Below, in pieces: positions 1-8,866 of a stretch of DNA of 24,000 nt. This DNA is from Oceanipulchritudo sp. (GTDB lineage: Bacteria > Verrucomicrobiota > Verrucomicrobiia > Opitutales > Oceanipulchritudinaceae). The number at the start of each line of letters is the position of its first letter. Positions within the stretch are counted from its first letter, which is position 1. The DNA is taken from positions 1,002-25,001 of the forward strand of contig JAWLGH010000024.1 in assembly GCA_041685165.1 (NCBI GenBank), written 5' to 3'. The notes under the pieces were generated by a model. It ran no database searches, had not been told where the DNA came from, and saw nothing but the letters and a program-made list of their open reading frames with translations. The position numbers and the translations under genes were made by a program.

Positions 1-809
1 TCCGTGAAGGCGCTCTGGAGGACGACAATGTTCTGCCCCTTGCCGCGGTAGCCCTGGTCAAGGTCGACGGAGTCGTCCTCGGCATAGGCAATGACAAAGT
101 TGCGGATGTTCGCGGTTCCGCCAAAGATCTCGATCCCGTCGTCCCCGGAAACGAAGATTTCGATGTTTTCAAGTTTGGTCCCGCTGCCGACCCCGCCAAG
201 GGTCAGGCCCTGGATTTCGTCCCCGTCCTCACCGGTGAGGGAGATCCCCGTGTGGCGGATGGAAACGTACTCCATCGTCCCCGCGGAGTGGCCGTCGTCG
301 GTTCCCCCGTAGGTCAGGTAGCTGGTCTCGGTGGCGGTATCGAGCCCGTGACGGCCGATCGGGTTGAGGCCCTCGATGAGGTTTGTCAGGACGAGGTCCG
401 GATTGGCGACATTGTCGGCGTCGGTGGCGTCGGCGTTGATGGAGGCGTCCCCGAGGACAATGACCCCGGCCCAGAGGCTGACGTCATTGTGGTCGAGGTC
501 GTTTGTCTGGGCCTGCACGGAGGTGAAGACAATCGGGTCCTCCGGCGTCCCGACGGCATTGATCGTGGCCCCGGAGGTCACAATCAGCGTGCTCGCCAGT
601 TCGGCGTCCGCGTCGTCGGCGTAGATCGTCACGCCCGGCTCGATGGTCAGGGTGGTGCCGGGGGTGACATAGGTCACGCCTTCAATGAGCCATTCCGAAC
701 CGGCGGGGAGGGTTGTGTCCGCGTCGATGAGCGGACCGAGTTGTGTCTGGGCGGAGACCAGGCTGGTCCCCGCGAGGGTGAGTGCTGTCAGTAACAACGG
801 TGTTTTCAT
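1..809 (-). CDS. secreted protein with parallel beta-helix-like repeats (N-terminal part; C-terminus lies beyond the left window edge)
   Basis: Absent from the ORF track because it runs off the edge. The reverse complement from the ATG at 809-807 reads MKTPLLLTALTLAGTSLVSAQTQLGPLIDADTTLPAGSEWLIEGVTYVTPGTTLTIEPGVTIYADD... and stays open to position 2. The N-terminus looks like a signal peptide. The later segment GTKLENIEIFVSGDDGIEIFGGTANIRNFVIAYAEDDSVDLDQGY resembles PbH1-type repeats. It starts 36 nt downstream of the TonB receptor stop on the same strand. Confidence 0.6.
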   Translation of the reverse strand, partial: MKTPLLLTALTLAGTSLVSAQTQLGPLIDADTTLPAGSEWLIEGVTYVTPGTTLTIEPGVTIYADDADAELASTLIVTSGATINAVGTPEDPIVFTSVQAQTNDLDHNDVSLWAGVIVLGDASINADATDADNVANPDLVLTNLIEGLNPIGRHGLDTATETSYLTYGGTDDGHSAGTMEYVSIRHTGISLTGEDGDEIQGLTLGGVGSGTKLENIEIFVSGDDGIEIFGGTANIRNFVIAYAEDDSVDLDQGYRGKGQNIVVLQSAFT

Positions 810-845
810 GTATAATCGGGTTTTTGTGTTATGTTCTTCGGGAGA

Positions 846-3800
846 TTATTCGAATGTATAGGTGAAGCTGATACCGTAGGTGCGTCCGGTCTGGAAGCGC
901 TCGTAGGTGAGGTCCGGTCCGTCCGCGACGGCGTAGAACTTCTCAAAGTCCGGGTCGAGGAGGTTGGTCGCGCTGAGCTTCATTTTCCAGTTGCCGCCGA
1001 TTCGCTGGGTGTAGCTCAGGCTGAGGCGCCCGACCCCCGTCTCGAAGACGTTTCCAAGGCCGGAGTTGTTCGGGTTGACCACCGAGAGGCGCTCGTCGGT
1101 ATAGTTGTAGGAAAGATTGAGGTACGTCCCGAGGGCGTCGTTGTCGTAGGCGAGGTCAAGGTTCACGATGAAGGGCGACTGCCCCACGAGCTGACGGGTG
1201 TCCGGCGAACCGAAGAAGAGCTGCTCGTCCTCGGGCACGTCGACCTCGGACTCGATCAGGGAAACATTCCCCCCCGCCGAGATGCCGGTGAAGCGTTCGG
1301 AAAAGCGGTCAAGGTTCAGGCGCCATTCAAGTTCAAGCCCGTAAACGGTGCCGGCGGATACGTTCTGGGGCACAATGTTGCTCCGCTGGAAGGGCTGCAG
1401 GTCCAGGTTGTCGATGGCCCCGTCCCCGTTCGTGTCCTGTCCTCCGAAGAAGAGGACCTCGATGGGCTGGTCCATGTCCTTGTAGAAGGCCGAAACGGCC
1501 AGCAGTTCGCGTCCGTCGATGAACCATTCCCAACGGAGGTCGAGGTTGTCGATGACGGTCCGCTCAAGCTCGGGATTCCCCTGGAAACGGTCCCCGGTGA
1601 AGGAATCCTCGATCACCACCGGTGAAAGTTCCTTGAAGGAGGGCTTGGCGATCGTCCGGCCATAGCCAAAGCGCAGGTTCTGGTTCGGGGTCAGGGTATG
1701 GACGAGGCTGAGGGCCGGAAGCAGGTCGTCGGCATCAAAGCCTCCCTCACGGTTTTCCACCCCCTGTTGCTCGAGCAGCTGGAGAACGTTCATTTCGTTC
1801 GATTCCCAGCGGGCCCCGCTGATCAGGCGCCAGTCCTCAAGGAGGCGGAAATCCCCCATCAGGTACACCGCCCGCACCGAGCCGTCGGCCACATAGTTGT
1901 TCCCGGAAATCCCCCGGGTGATGAAGTGCCGCCCGCTGAGGGCCGGAAGCAGGTTGTAGCGGTCGATCGTCCCGTCCCCGTCAAGGTCGGTTCCCTCGAC
2001 TTTGTCAAAGTCGAATCCGATGTAGGGATCGGTATAAATGCCCCGGATCAGATCCGTGTCCGGTTGTCCCTGCCAGGTCAGCGGGGAGACATTGTAGGTG
2101 AGTTCGTTGTATTCACGGTCGGAATCAGAGACGAGCCCCCCCCACTTGACTTTGGAGGCCTCGAACAACGGCAGGGTGAAATCAAGGCTGGTTTCGTTGT
2201 TGTCCTCGATCATGTCCCGGTAGCGGCGCACCGGCGGGTCGAGGTCCGAGGTGTTCACCCGGCGATACTGCTGCTCCTCGTAATCCCATGCCGTGAAGAG
2301 GGTCCGGTAGTCCGGCTGGTCCTGCGTGCTTTCGCTCAGGGATACCTGCCATTCCACCTCAAGGTCGCCCAGGGAGACGAGAAGGTGCTTGCCGTCAAGC
2401 TGGCCCGAGCTGACGCCACGCTCCGTGTAGAGGACCGAAATGGCCTCAAAGAGGTTGTCCCCGCTGAGGGCGGAGTTGAACCCGTCACCAATTCCCAGCT
2501 TGATCTCGTCCTCCGCCGACTGGTTGTGCAGGAGGGTCAGCGCCACTTCGTGATTCTCCCCCGCAAGGTAGGCCACTTTCCCGAAGGCCCCCCAGTTCAC
2601 GCTCTCGAGCGAACGGGTCACCCCAAGCGGGACGTCTCCCCCATAGGGATCGTCAAGGACACCCAGGTACTCGTTTATCCAGGTCAGTTTGGACAGGACT
2701 TCCGGTTCAGTTGTGTAGACCTGCGCCGACGGCCGGAATTCGTCCGGGGTCGCCCAGCGGGCCTCAATCCCGTCCTCGTAGTAGGCAAAGTCGCGGTCCC
2801 AGGTCAGGCTGACGGTGTAGCCGACCTTGCCCGAGCGCCCAAGGTCATGGGTGTTCCCGAAGGAAAGGTTCACCCCGTGCGAGGGAGCCGCCTCGTCAAG
2901 GAGGGGATAGAAACGCCGCGGAAATTCGCGCGTGATCGCATCGAGTTTGCGGGCCACGCTGAGATCGCCCTGCAGGGCCGCGCCTGTGGCCGTGTCCGTC
3001 GAGCGCCCGGACACCTTCGGTATCTCATCGGAGGGGACCTGGGTCCGCGGACGATCGTCAATTCCGTCCGCCTTCCAGTCCACTCCCTGTCTGGAGACCA
3101 TGATGTCCTCACCTGTGGTATTGCTGTTGTAGCTCGCCGAGCCCCCCGCCCTGACAAAAAAATGATCCGGAAAGGACTTTGTCTGAATGTTGACGGATCC
3201 CCCTGAAAAGGATCCCGGCTGATCCGGGGTAAAGCTCTTGGAGGTCACGATCGATTCCAGAAGGTCGCTCGGAAACTGGTCCATCTGCACGGCCCGCCGA
3301 TCCGGGTCCGCACTCGGGATGGTCGCCCCGTTGAGAAGGGTGTTTGAATAACGATCCCCAAGGCCGCGGATGTAGACATACTTGCCATCCACAACCGAGG
3401 CCCCGGTCACCTTCGTCATCGCCTCCGCGGCATCCTCGAGCCCCAAACGGGAAAAGGCTTCACCCCCGATGGCGTCCCCGATCGAAACCGAGCGCTGCCG
3501 GTTTTGCAGAAGGGTCGCCTCCGTGCTCCGGATCACTTCCGCGGTCACCTCGAGGGCGGCCAGCTCAAAGATGTCCCCATCTTCCGGGTCGGCCTCCTCG
3601 CTGGGCTCATCGGGCGCTTCCCGTCGCTTCGGCAGGGGCACGTCTATCCGTGCCGTTTCGCCCGCCTCGACCTCGACATCCTCAACGTCAAAGGGCTCGT
3701 AGCCGCCTTTGAAAATCCGTACGGTGTAGGTTCCGGTATCGACATCCGTGAAGCTGTATCGGCCGTTGAGGTCGGTGCGTTCGTAATGAGTGGGATCCTC

Positions 3801-3959
3801 GATAAGGGCCACGGCGGCCCCGGGGACCGCGTCCCCCGTGTCCGCGTCGATAACCCGACCCGCTATTTGCCCGTAGCCCGCATTCTGAGCGGGAAGGGGC
3901 CCGGCAAGCAGAACGGCCACCGGGATGAGTGGAAAAAAGAATTTTGCTTTCATAAACAT
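846..3959 (-). CDS. TonB-dependent receptor, Oar-like, with N-terminal carboxypeptidase-regulatory-like domain
   Basis: 1037-aa ORF. It has a signal peptide (MFMKAKFFFPLIPVAVLLAGPLPAQNA) and a CarboxypepD_reg-like beta-sandwich (GRVIDADTGDAVPGAAVALIE...NGRYSFTDVDTGTYTVRIFKGGYEP). An acidic Pro-rich linker follows, then a TonB-box-like IFELAALEVTA. Plug motifs are present (YVYIRGLGDRYSNTLLNG), and a long beta-barrel ends in ...GISFTYTFE. Confidence 0.9.
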   Translation of the reverse strand: MFMKAKFFFPLIPVAVLLAGPLPAQNAGYGQIAGRVIDADTGDAVPGAAVALIEDPTHYERTDLNGRYSFTDVDTGTYTVRIFKGGYEPFDVEDVEVEAGETARIDVPLPKRREAPDEPSEEADPEDGDIFELAALEVTAEVIRSTEATLLQNRQRSVSIGDAIGGEAFSRLGLEDAAEAMTKVTGASVVDGKYVYIRGLGDRYSNTLLNGATIPSADPDRRAVQMDQFPSDLLESIVTSKSFTPDQPGSFSGGSVNIQTKSFPDHFFVRAGGSASYNSNTTGEDIMVSRQGVDWKADGIDDRPRTQVPSDEIPKVSGRSTDTATGAALQGDLSVARKLDAITREFPRRFYPLLDEAAPSHGVNLSFGNTHDLGRSGKVGYTVSLTWDRDFAYYEDGIEARWATPDEFRPSAQVYTTEPEVLSKLTWINEYLGVLDDPYGGDVPLGVTRSLESVNWGAFGKVAYLAGENHEVALTLLHNQSAEDEIKLGIGDGFNSALSGDNLFEAISVLYTERGVSSGQLDGKHLLVSLGDLEVEWQVSLSESTQDQPDYRTLFTAWDYEEQQYRRVNTSDLDPPVRRYRDMIEDNNETSLDFTLPLFEASKVKWGGLVSDSDREYNELTYNVSPLTWQGQPDTDLIRGIYTDPYIGFDFDKVEGTDLDGDGTIDRYNLLPALSGRHFITRGISGNNYVADGSVRAVYLMGDFRLLEDWRLISGARWESNEMNVLQLLEQQGVENREGGFDADDLLPALSLVHTLTPNQNLRFGYGRTIAKPSFKELSPVVIEDSFTGDRFQGNPELERTVIDNLDLRWEWFIDGRELLAVSAFYKDMDQPIEVLFFGGQDTNGDGAIDNLDLQPFQRSNIVPQNVSAGTVYGLELEWRLNLDRFSERFTGISAGGNVSLIESEVDVPEDEQLFFGSPDTRQLVGQSPFIVNLDLAYDNDALGTYLNLSYNYTDERLSVVNPNNSGLGNVFETGVGRLSLSYTQRIGGNWKMKLSATNLLDPDFEKFYAVADGPDLTYERFQTGRTYGISFTYTFE

Positions 3960-4029
3960 CTACTACGGGAGCGCACCGTTTCCCTGAAAACTGTAGGTGC
4001 AACCCCTTAGTGGGGGCCTCGCAGGATTA

Positions 4030-4075
4030 TCACCTCACCGTAACCTTCCGGTTGCATTGTCACCTTTCCGTAACC
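4030..4075. repeat. two 16-bp direct repeats (TCACCTCACCGTAACC / TCACCTTTCCGTAACC) spaced 30 bp apart in the divergent TonB-receptor/purD promoter region; candidate operator sites
   Basis: Read directly. The copies are at 4030-4045 and 4060-4075 and are 14/16 identical. Each is followed by GTTGCA (4051-4056 and 4086-4091). The inverted form TGCAACC lies at 3999-4005. Confidence 0.35.
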
Positions 4076-4123
4076 AGAAATCCTTGTTGCACCCCCGCCC
4101 TGCTTTCCTTCAGTCTCCCTCCG

Positions 4124-5407
4124 ATGGATTCCTCCCTCAATGTTCTCGTCATCGGTTCCGGGGGTCGCGAACACGCCCTCCTCCGGGCCTGCCTTGCAAG
4201 TCCCCGGGTGGCGGCAGTCGCTGCCGCTCCCGGCAATGGCGGAATGGCCGCGGAAGCCCCCTGCTATTCCCTCGATGTCACGGACCCCGCGGCCACCGTC
4301 GCCCTCGCCCGCGAACACGGGATCACGTTCGTCATCATCGGCCCGGAAGTGCCCCTCGCCCTCGGGGTCGCCGATGCCCTCCGGGATGCCGGAATAGCCG
4401 TCTACGGGCCCGGCCGCGACGGCGCCGTCCTCGAATCCAGCAAGGCCGCCTGCAAGGCCTTTTTCGGCAAGTACGGGATACCCACCGCCGCCTGGGGGAC
4501 CTTCTCCGAGTCCGAGGCCGCCCTCGCCTACCTCAAGACCTGCGACCTCCCGGTCGTCGTCAAGGCCAGTGGCCTCGCCGCGGGCAAAGGCGTCCTCATC
4601 TGCGAAACCGCCGCAGCCGCCGAGGCCGCCGTCCGCGGGATGCTTGAGGAGGACCAGTTCGGGGCCAGTGGCCGCGAAATTGTCATTGAGGAATGCCTCA
4701 CCGGCCAGGAGGCCTCGATCATGGTCATGGTTTCCGGGAACCGCTACCTCTGTCTCCCCCCCAGTCAGGACCACAAGCGTATCGGAGAGGGCGATACCGG
4801 CCCCAACACCGGCGGAATGGGGGCCTGCGCGCCGGCCGCGGTCGTTACTGAATCCGTCATGGAATCCGTCCGTCGCGACATCATCGAGCCCACCCTCGAG
4901 GGCTTCGAGGCCGAGGGCATCGACTACCGCGGAACCCTCTTTATCGGCCTCATGATCAATGAGGCCGGGGAACCACGGGTCCTTGAATTCAATGTCCGCT
5001 TCGGCGACCCGGAATGTCAGGTTCTTCTCCCCCTCTGCCAGACCGATCCCGTCGAATTGATGTGGAATTGTGCCAGGGGAACCCTTAAACCCCGGGAAGT
5101 GAAGATCAGCCGCGATCACGCCATGGTTGTCGTCCTTGCCGCCAAGGGCTACCCGGGTTCCTGTCCGAAGGATGATCTTCTCGGCCTGCCCCTTTCCCTC
5201 CCCGAAAACGTCCACATCCTTCATGCCGGAACCCGGATCGATGAAGAGGGGGTCCTGCGCAGCAGCGGCGGGCGCGTCCTCGGGGTCGTCGCCACCGGAC
5301 CCTCGCTCGGGAAGGCCGCCGAGGATGCCTATGCCGTCTGCGATGCCATCGAATGGGAGAACAAGGTCTTCCGTCGGGATATTGGTCATCACCAGTTGAA
5401 GTCCTGA
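4124..5407 (+). CDS. purD: phosphoribosylamine--glycine ligase
   Basis: From the ATG at 4124 the protein reads MDSSLNVLVIGSGGREHALL..., continuing through VVVKASGLAAGKGV and EFNVRFGDPE, which are typical PurD ATP-grasp motifs. The track ORF starts at a GTG at 4010, but those 38 extra codons have no PurD counterpart. Confidence 0.93.
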   Translation: MDSSLNVLVIGSGGREHALLRACLASPRVAAVAAAPGNGGMAAEAPCYSLDVTDPAATVALAREHGITFVIIGPEVPLALGVADALRDAGIAVYGPGRDGAVLESSKAACKAFFGKYGIPTAAWGTFSESEAALAYLKTCDLPVVVKASGLAAGKGVLICETAAAAEAAVRGMLEEDQFGASGREIVIEECLTGQEASIMVMVSGNRYLCLPPSQDHKRIGEGDTGPNTGGMGACAPAAVVTESVMESVRRDIIEPTLEGFEAEGIDYRGTLFIGLMINEAGEPRVLEFNVRFGDPECQVLLPLCQTDPVELMWNCARGTLKPREVKISRDHAMVVVLAAKGYPGSCPKDDLLGLPLSLPENVHILHAGTRIDEEGVLRSSGGRVLGVVATGPSLGKAAEDAYAVCDAIEWENKVFRRDIGHHQLKS

Positions 5408-5431
5408 AGCATCCACGCATCTTAGTTACCA

Positions 5432-5725
5432 ATGAAAAGCGCATACGAACTGGCCATGGAACGCCTCCAGAAGGAGGATCCCGGGGGGAATATCTCCTTC
5501 ACCGATGAACAGCGAAAGGCCCTCGCCGATATTGACGAAACCTACAAGGCGAAGATTGCCGAACGGGAGGTTTTCCTCGACAAACAGCTTCTTGAAGCCC
5601 GCCGTAATCAGGACCAGGAGGCTGTCCAGCAATTGGAGACCCAGCTCCGTAACGAGCGCATCAGGCTCGAGGAGGAACGGGAATCCGAAAAGGACCGCAT
5701 CCGCAAGGCCGCCGCAGGCAAATGA
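5432..5725 (+). CDS. small charged coiled-coil protein of unknown function (97 aa)
   Basis: [59 protein letters not shown]...; codon usage matches its neighbours. It starts 24 nt after the purD stop. Its stop overlaps the thyA start in an ATGA junction (5722-5725). Confidence 0.6.
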   Translation: MKSAYELAMERLQKEDPGGNISFTDEQRKALADIDETYKAKIAEREVFLDKQLLEARRNQDQEAVQQLETQLRNERIRLEEERESEKDRIRKAAAGK

Positions 5726-6522
5726 AGGCCTACCACGATCTCCTCCGCCATGTGCTCGCCGAGGGCCGGCGCCGGGAGGACCGCACCGGGGTCGGGACCC
5801 TCTCCTGCTTCGGGGCCCAGACCCGTTTTGACCTCGGAGAGGGTTTTCCCCTCGTCACCACCAAGAAGATCTACCTCCGCGCCGTCATCCATGAGCTCCT
5901 CTGGTTCCTCAAGGGCGATACCAACATCCGGTACCTCAAGGAAAACCGGGTCTCCATCTGGGATGAATGGGCCGGTCCCAGCGGCGACCTGGGCCGCGTT
6001 TACGGGGCTCAGTGGACCGACTGGCGCTGCCCGGACGGGTCTTCCCTCAATCAGATCGAAACGGTCATCCGTTCCATCCGCGAAAATCCCGCCAGCCGCC
6101 GGCATATCGTCTCGGCGTGGAATCCCGGCGAACTCGGGGAGATGGCCCTTCCGCCCTGCCACGCCTTCTTCCAGTTCTACGTCGACGAATCCAACGGGAC
6201 CCTTTCCTGCCAGCTTTACCAGCGCAGCGCCGATTTGTTCCTCGGTGTTCCTTTCAACATCGCCTCCTATGCCCTCCTTACGATGATGATCGCCCAGGTC
6301 TGCGAGCTGCAACCCGGTGAATTCATCCACACTTTCGGCGATCTTCACATCTACCTCAACCACCTTGAACAGGTCGAGCTCCAGCTCTCCCGCGAACCGC
6401 GGCCCCTGCCTGCCATGCACCTTAATCCCGAAAGACGGAACATCTCCGATTTTGTCTACGGGGACTTCGAGCTTCGCGGCTATGATCCCCATCCCCCCAT
6501 CAAGGCCCCCATCGCCGTTTAA
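5722..6522 (+). CDS. thyA: thymidylate synthase (ThyA type)
   Basis: [38 protein letters not shown]..., [16 protein letters not shown], and the active-site region [13 protein letters not shown] are canonical ThyA motifs. The product is 266 aa. Confidence 0.95.
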   Translation: MKAYHDLLRHVLAEGRRREDRTGVGTLSCFGAQTRFDLGEGFPLVTTKKIYLRAVIHELLWFLKGDTNIRYLKENRVSIWDEWAGPSGDLGRVYGAQWTDWRCPDGSSLNQIETVIRSIRENPASRRHIVSAWNPGELGEMALPPCHAFFQFYVDESNGTLSCQLYQRSADLFLGVPFNIASYALLTMMIAQVCELQPGEFIHTFGDLHIYLNHLEQVELQLSREPRPLPAMHLNPERRNISDFVYGDFELRGYDPHPPIKAPIAV

Positions 6523-6551
6523 GCCTTCTCGCCGGCACCTGCCTCAAATCC

Positions 6552-7022
6552 ATGAAATCCCGTCCCTGGAAAGCCATCGCCGCCATGTCGGAGAACCGTG
6601 TCATCGGGTACCGCAACGCCCTCCCTTGGGATCTCCCGGAAGACTTCAAATGGGTCAAGGCATGCACCCGGGGCGCCGCCATCGCCATGGGCCGGAAAAC
6701 GTTCGAATCGATGGGAAGCCCCCTCCCGAATCGCGAGAACATTGTCATCTCCCGTTCCACCGACCACATCCCCGGATGCCGCGTCCTCCCTTCCCTCGAC
6801 GCCCTTGAGGCCTACCCGACCGATCGCGAGGTCTGGATTTTCGGGGGCGCCGAGATCTATGCCCAGGCTATGGACCGCACCGCCGAACTCTACCTTACCG
6901 TCGTCAAGGGCACCTTCACCGGCGATACGTTCTTCCCGCCTTTCGAGGACCAGTTTGTCCTCCAGGGGATCATCCGCGAAGAACCTGAATTCCGCATTCT
7001 CAAGTACCGCCACGCCGATTGA
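6552..7022 (+). CDS. folA: dihydrofolate reductase
   Basis: WKAIAAMSENRVIGYRNALPWDLPEDFKWVK...AIAMGRKTFESMGSPLPNRENIVISRS...VWIFGGAEIY is the DHFR signature. It lies immediately downstream of thyA. Confidence 0.92.
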   Translation: MKSRPWKAIAAMSENRVIGYRNALPWDLPEDFKWVKACTRGAAIAMGRKTFESMGSPLPNRENIVISRSTDHIPGCRVLPSLDALEAYPTDREVWIFGGAEIYAQAMDRTAELYLTVVKGTFTGDTFFPPFEDQFVLQGIIREEPEFRILKYRHAD

Positions 7023-7038
7023 GGCCCGCCCCCCATCC

Positions 7039-7839
7039 TCAGATCGCCGCAAGATCGATCTCAGGGAAAATAAGCTGGTTCGGGTCAAGGCAGGCCACCG
7101 GCCAGGGACAGTCCCCGTTGCCAAGTACCGCCCGAACCCGCTCAGGATGGTTGCAGTCCCGGCTCAGGTGAGCCATCAGGACGCGACGCCAGAGCGGTCG
7201 CTCAACCGATTCCAGGAAATCACGCGCCGCCGCGTTCGAGAGGTGCCCGTGCCGTCCCGAGATCCGCTGCTTTACCGAAAAGGGGCGCTTGGGGTCGCCC
7301 TCCAGCAGGTCCGGATCGTGATTGGCCTCGAGGATGAGCATCTGCACCTCCCGGACCAGCTCACCCAGCGATGCCGGGACATGTCCCAGATCGGTCATCC
7401 ACGCAAGGCTGCCCCGGGGATCAAAGAGGTCCTTCCCTCCCGTCCGGAAAACAAAGCCAACCGGTTCCATCGCGTCGTGCGGCAAGAGAACGGTTTCCAC
7501 GCTCAGGTCCTTGAAGGTGAAGCTGCCACCAGTCTCAAATACCTTCCACTGCAGGTCCCGGCTGAGTTTTCCCTGCGCCACCTGGGCCGTTCCGTAGTTC
7601 GCGAAAAACTGGAGGTGCCCGTGACGGGCAAGGCCGCGCAGACCCGCGATATGGTCGCTGTGCTCGTGCGTCAGGAAAACCGCGTCAATGGTCTCAATCG
7701 GTTTCCCGATCTGCTTCAGGAGGGCTTCCAGGCGCCGGCCACTGAAGCCCGCGTCAAGCAATATCCGGGTCCGCCGGGTCTCGATCAGGGCGCAGTTGCC
7801 GGAACTGCTCGTGCCGAGTATCTGGATGTGAAACCCCAT
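7039..7839 (-). CDS. MBL-fold metallo-hydrolase (YycJ/WalJ-like)
   Basis: [45 protein letters not shown]...[14 protein letters not shown] carries the HxHxDH metallo-beta-lactamase motif. The 266-aa length and N-terminus resemble YycJ-type proteins. Confidence 0.85.
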   Translation of the reverse strand: MGFHIQILGTSSSGNCALIETRRTRILLDAGFSGRRLEALLKQIGKPIETIDAVFLTHEHSDHIAGLRGLARHGHLQFFANYGTAQVAQGKLSRDLQWKVFETGGSFTFKDLSVETVLLPHDAMEPVGFVFRTGGKDLFDPRGSLAWMTDLGHVPASLGELVREVQMLILEANHDPDLLEGDPKRPFSVKQRISGRHGHLSNAAARDFLESVERPLWRRVLMAHLSRDCNHPERVRAVLGNGDCPWPVACLDPNQLIFPEIDLAAI

Positions 7840-7942
7840 GGGGTCATTCCACGCCGGTCGCTCCCGCTGTCACGCATTTTCCTCGAAAACTTCCTCGAAT
7901 CTTGAAAGAACCCCTCCTTTACACACAGTCTTTACCAGAAAC

Positions 7943-8836
7943 GTGACCACCGAATACCGCAGCAGCCTTCCCGACACCCAGAATGGCGGGGCCTCCGAAA
8001 TCCTCGGCGCCAATGTTCCCATTCTCCAGGTCGGTATCTCGAATTTTTGCCTCCCTCTCCGGTTCATGACCGCAAAGGGCGACCCCATCACCCTTGAGGC
8101 CTCCGTCACCGGGACGGTTTCCCTCGCCGCCGACCGCCGCGGCATCAACATGTCCCGGATCATGCGCGTCTTCTACGACTTCAAGGATCGCCTCTTTACC
8201 CCGGAACTCCTCGAGGAAATCCTCATCGCCTACAAGGATCGTCTCGGTGCCAGCCGGGCCCGCCTGAAACTCAGTCTCCGCTACCCCATCATCAAGAAAA
8301 GCCTCCGTTCCGGCATTGAGGGATATCAGTATTACGAATCAGCCTATGAAGGGATCCTCGATGATCTCGGACGCTTCCGCAAAATCATTCACTTCGATTT
8401 TATCTACAGCTCCGCCTGCCCCTGCGCCTCCGACCTCTCCGAACACGCCCGCGAAACCCGGGGACAGTATGCCATCGCCCACTCCCAGCGCAGCAAGGCC
8501 CGCGTCAGTGTCGAGGTCCGCCCGGGTCGCACCCTGACCATCGAGGACCTCCAATCCTGCTGCGACAAGGCCCTCCTCACCGAAACCCAGGTCATGGTCC
8601 GCCGCGAGGATGAACAGGCCTTTGCCGAGCTCAACGCACAGCAGACCAAGTTCGTCGAGGATGCCGCCCGTCTCCTCTACGAGGCCATCGACGGCGATCC
8701 CCGTATCGCCGATTTTCAAATCGCCTGCGCCCACCTTGAATCCCTCCACAGCCACGACGCCGTCGCCGTCATCAACAAAGGGGTCGACCAGGGGTTTTCC
8801 GGCCATATCGACGACTTTCGCAGCCTCCTCTGTTGA
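7943..8836 (+). CDS. folE2: GTP cyclohydrolase I type 2 (GCYH-IB, FolE2/MptA family)
   Basis: LPDTQNG...[15 protein letters not shown]...[16 protein letters not shown]...[16 protein letters not shown] are FolE2 family motifs. I prefer the GTG at 7943, which gives 297 aa. The ATG at 7838 would overlap the divergent MBL gene start and add 35 non-conserved residues. The start choice is uncertain. Confidence 0.85.
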   Translation: MTTEYRSSLPDTQNGGASEILGANVPILQVGISNFCLPLRFMTAKGDPITLEASVTGTVSLAADRRGINMSRIMRVFYDFKDRLFTPELLEEILIAYKDRLGASRARLKLSLRYPIIKKSLRSGIEGYQYYESAYEGILDDLGRFRKIIHFDFIYSSACPCASDLSEHARETRGQYAIAHSQRSKARVSVEVRPGRTLTIEDLQSCCDKALLTETQVMVRREDEQAFAELNAQQTKFVEDAARLLYEAIDGDPRIADFQIACAHLESLHSHDAVAVINKGVDQGFSGHIDDFRSLLC

Positions 8837-8866
8837 AATCCCGTCCTTCCGGGGATAGCTTGCCCC

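Noticed and set aside
1698-3206. 502-aa plus-strand ORF inside the TonB receptor gene; also 252-794 and 831-1625 on the plus strand
   Set aside because: These are antisense to clearly homologous coding sequence (receptor plug and barrel, and the beta-helix protein). Their composition is R/G/P/V-rich and unlike real proteins.
3960-4123. ZTP (pfl) riboswitch upstream of purD, or a Fur box for the TonB receptor
   Set aside because: There is no CCGCCUGGGC-type 3' element and no GGGUCGUGAC-type 5' element. Only a weak half-site (GATTATCA) resembles a Fur box. The region is reported instead for its direct repeats.
4010-4123. Upstream alternative starts offered by the ORF track (4010 purD, 7838 folE2, 15024 ribB, 16450 metY, 20222 Rrf2, 20292 glnD)
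   Set aside because: The N-terminal extensions have no counterpart in the respective protein families. In two cases they would overlap a divergent gene start or cover a candidate operator. Internal ATG or GTG starts that match family N-termini are preferred, and the uncertainty is noted in the features.
4007-5416. 469-aa minus-strand ORF covering the whole purD locus
   Set aside because: It is antisense to a gene with unmistakable PurD motifs. Its translation is low-complexity (G/A/D/E/P-rich) with no recognisable domain. This is the typical shadow ORF of GC-rich coding DNA.
5608-7905. Long ORFs opposite thyA (5608-6492, minus), folA (6519-7124, minus) and the MBL gene (6598-7905, plus, 435 aa)
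   Set aside because: They overlap genes with canonical ThyA, DHFR and HxHxDH motifs. Their products are S/P/R-rich and low-complexity.
7840-7942. THF riboswitch or Zur box upstream of folE2
   Set aside because: No AT-rich Zur-type palindrome and no THF aptamer-like conserved segments could be recognised. Only a short TTCCTCGAA direct repeat is present.
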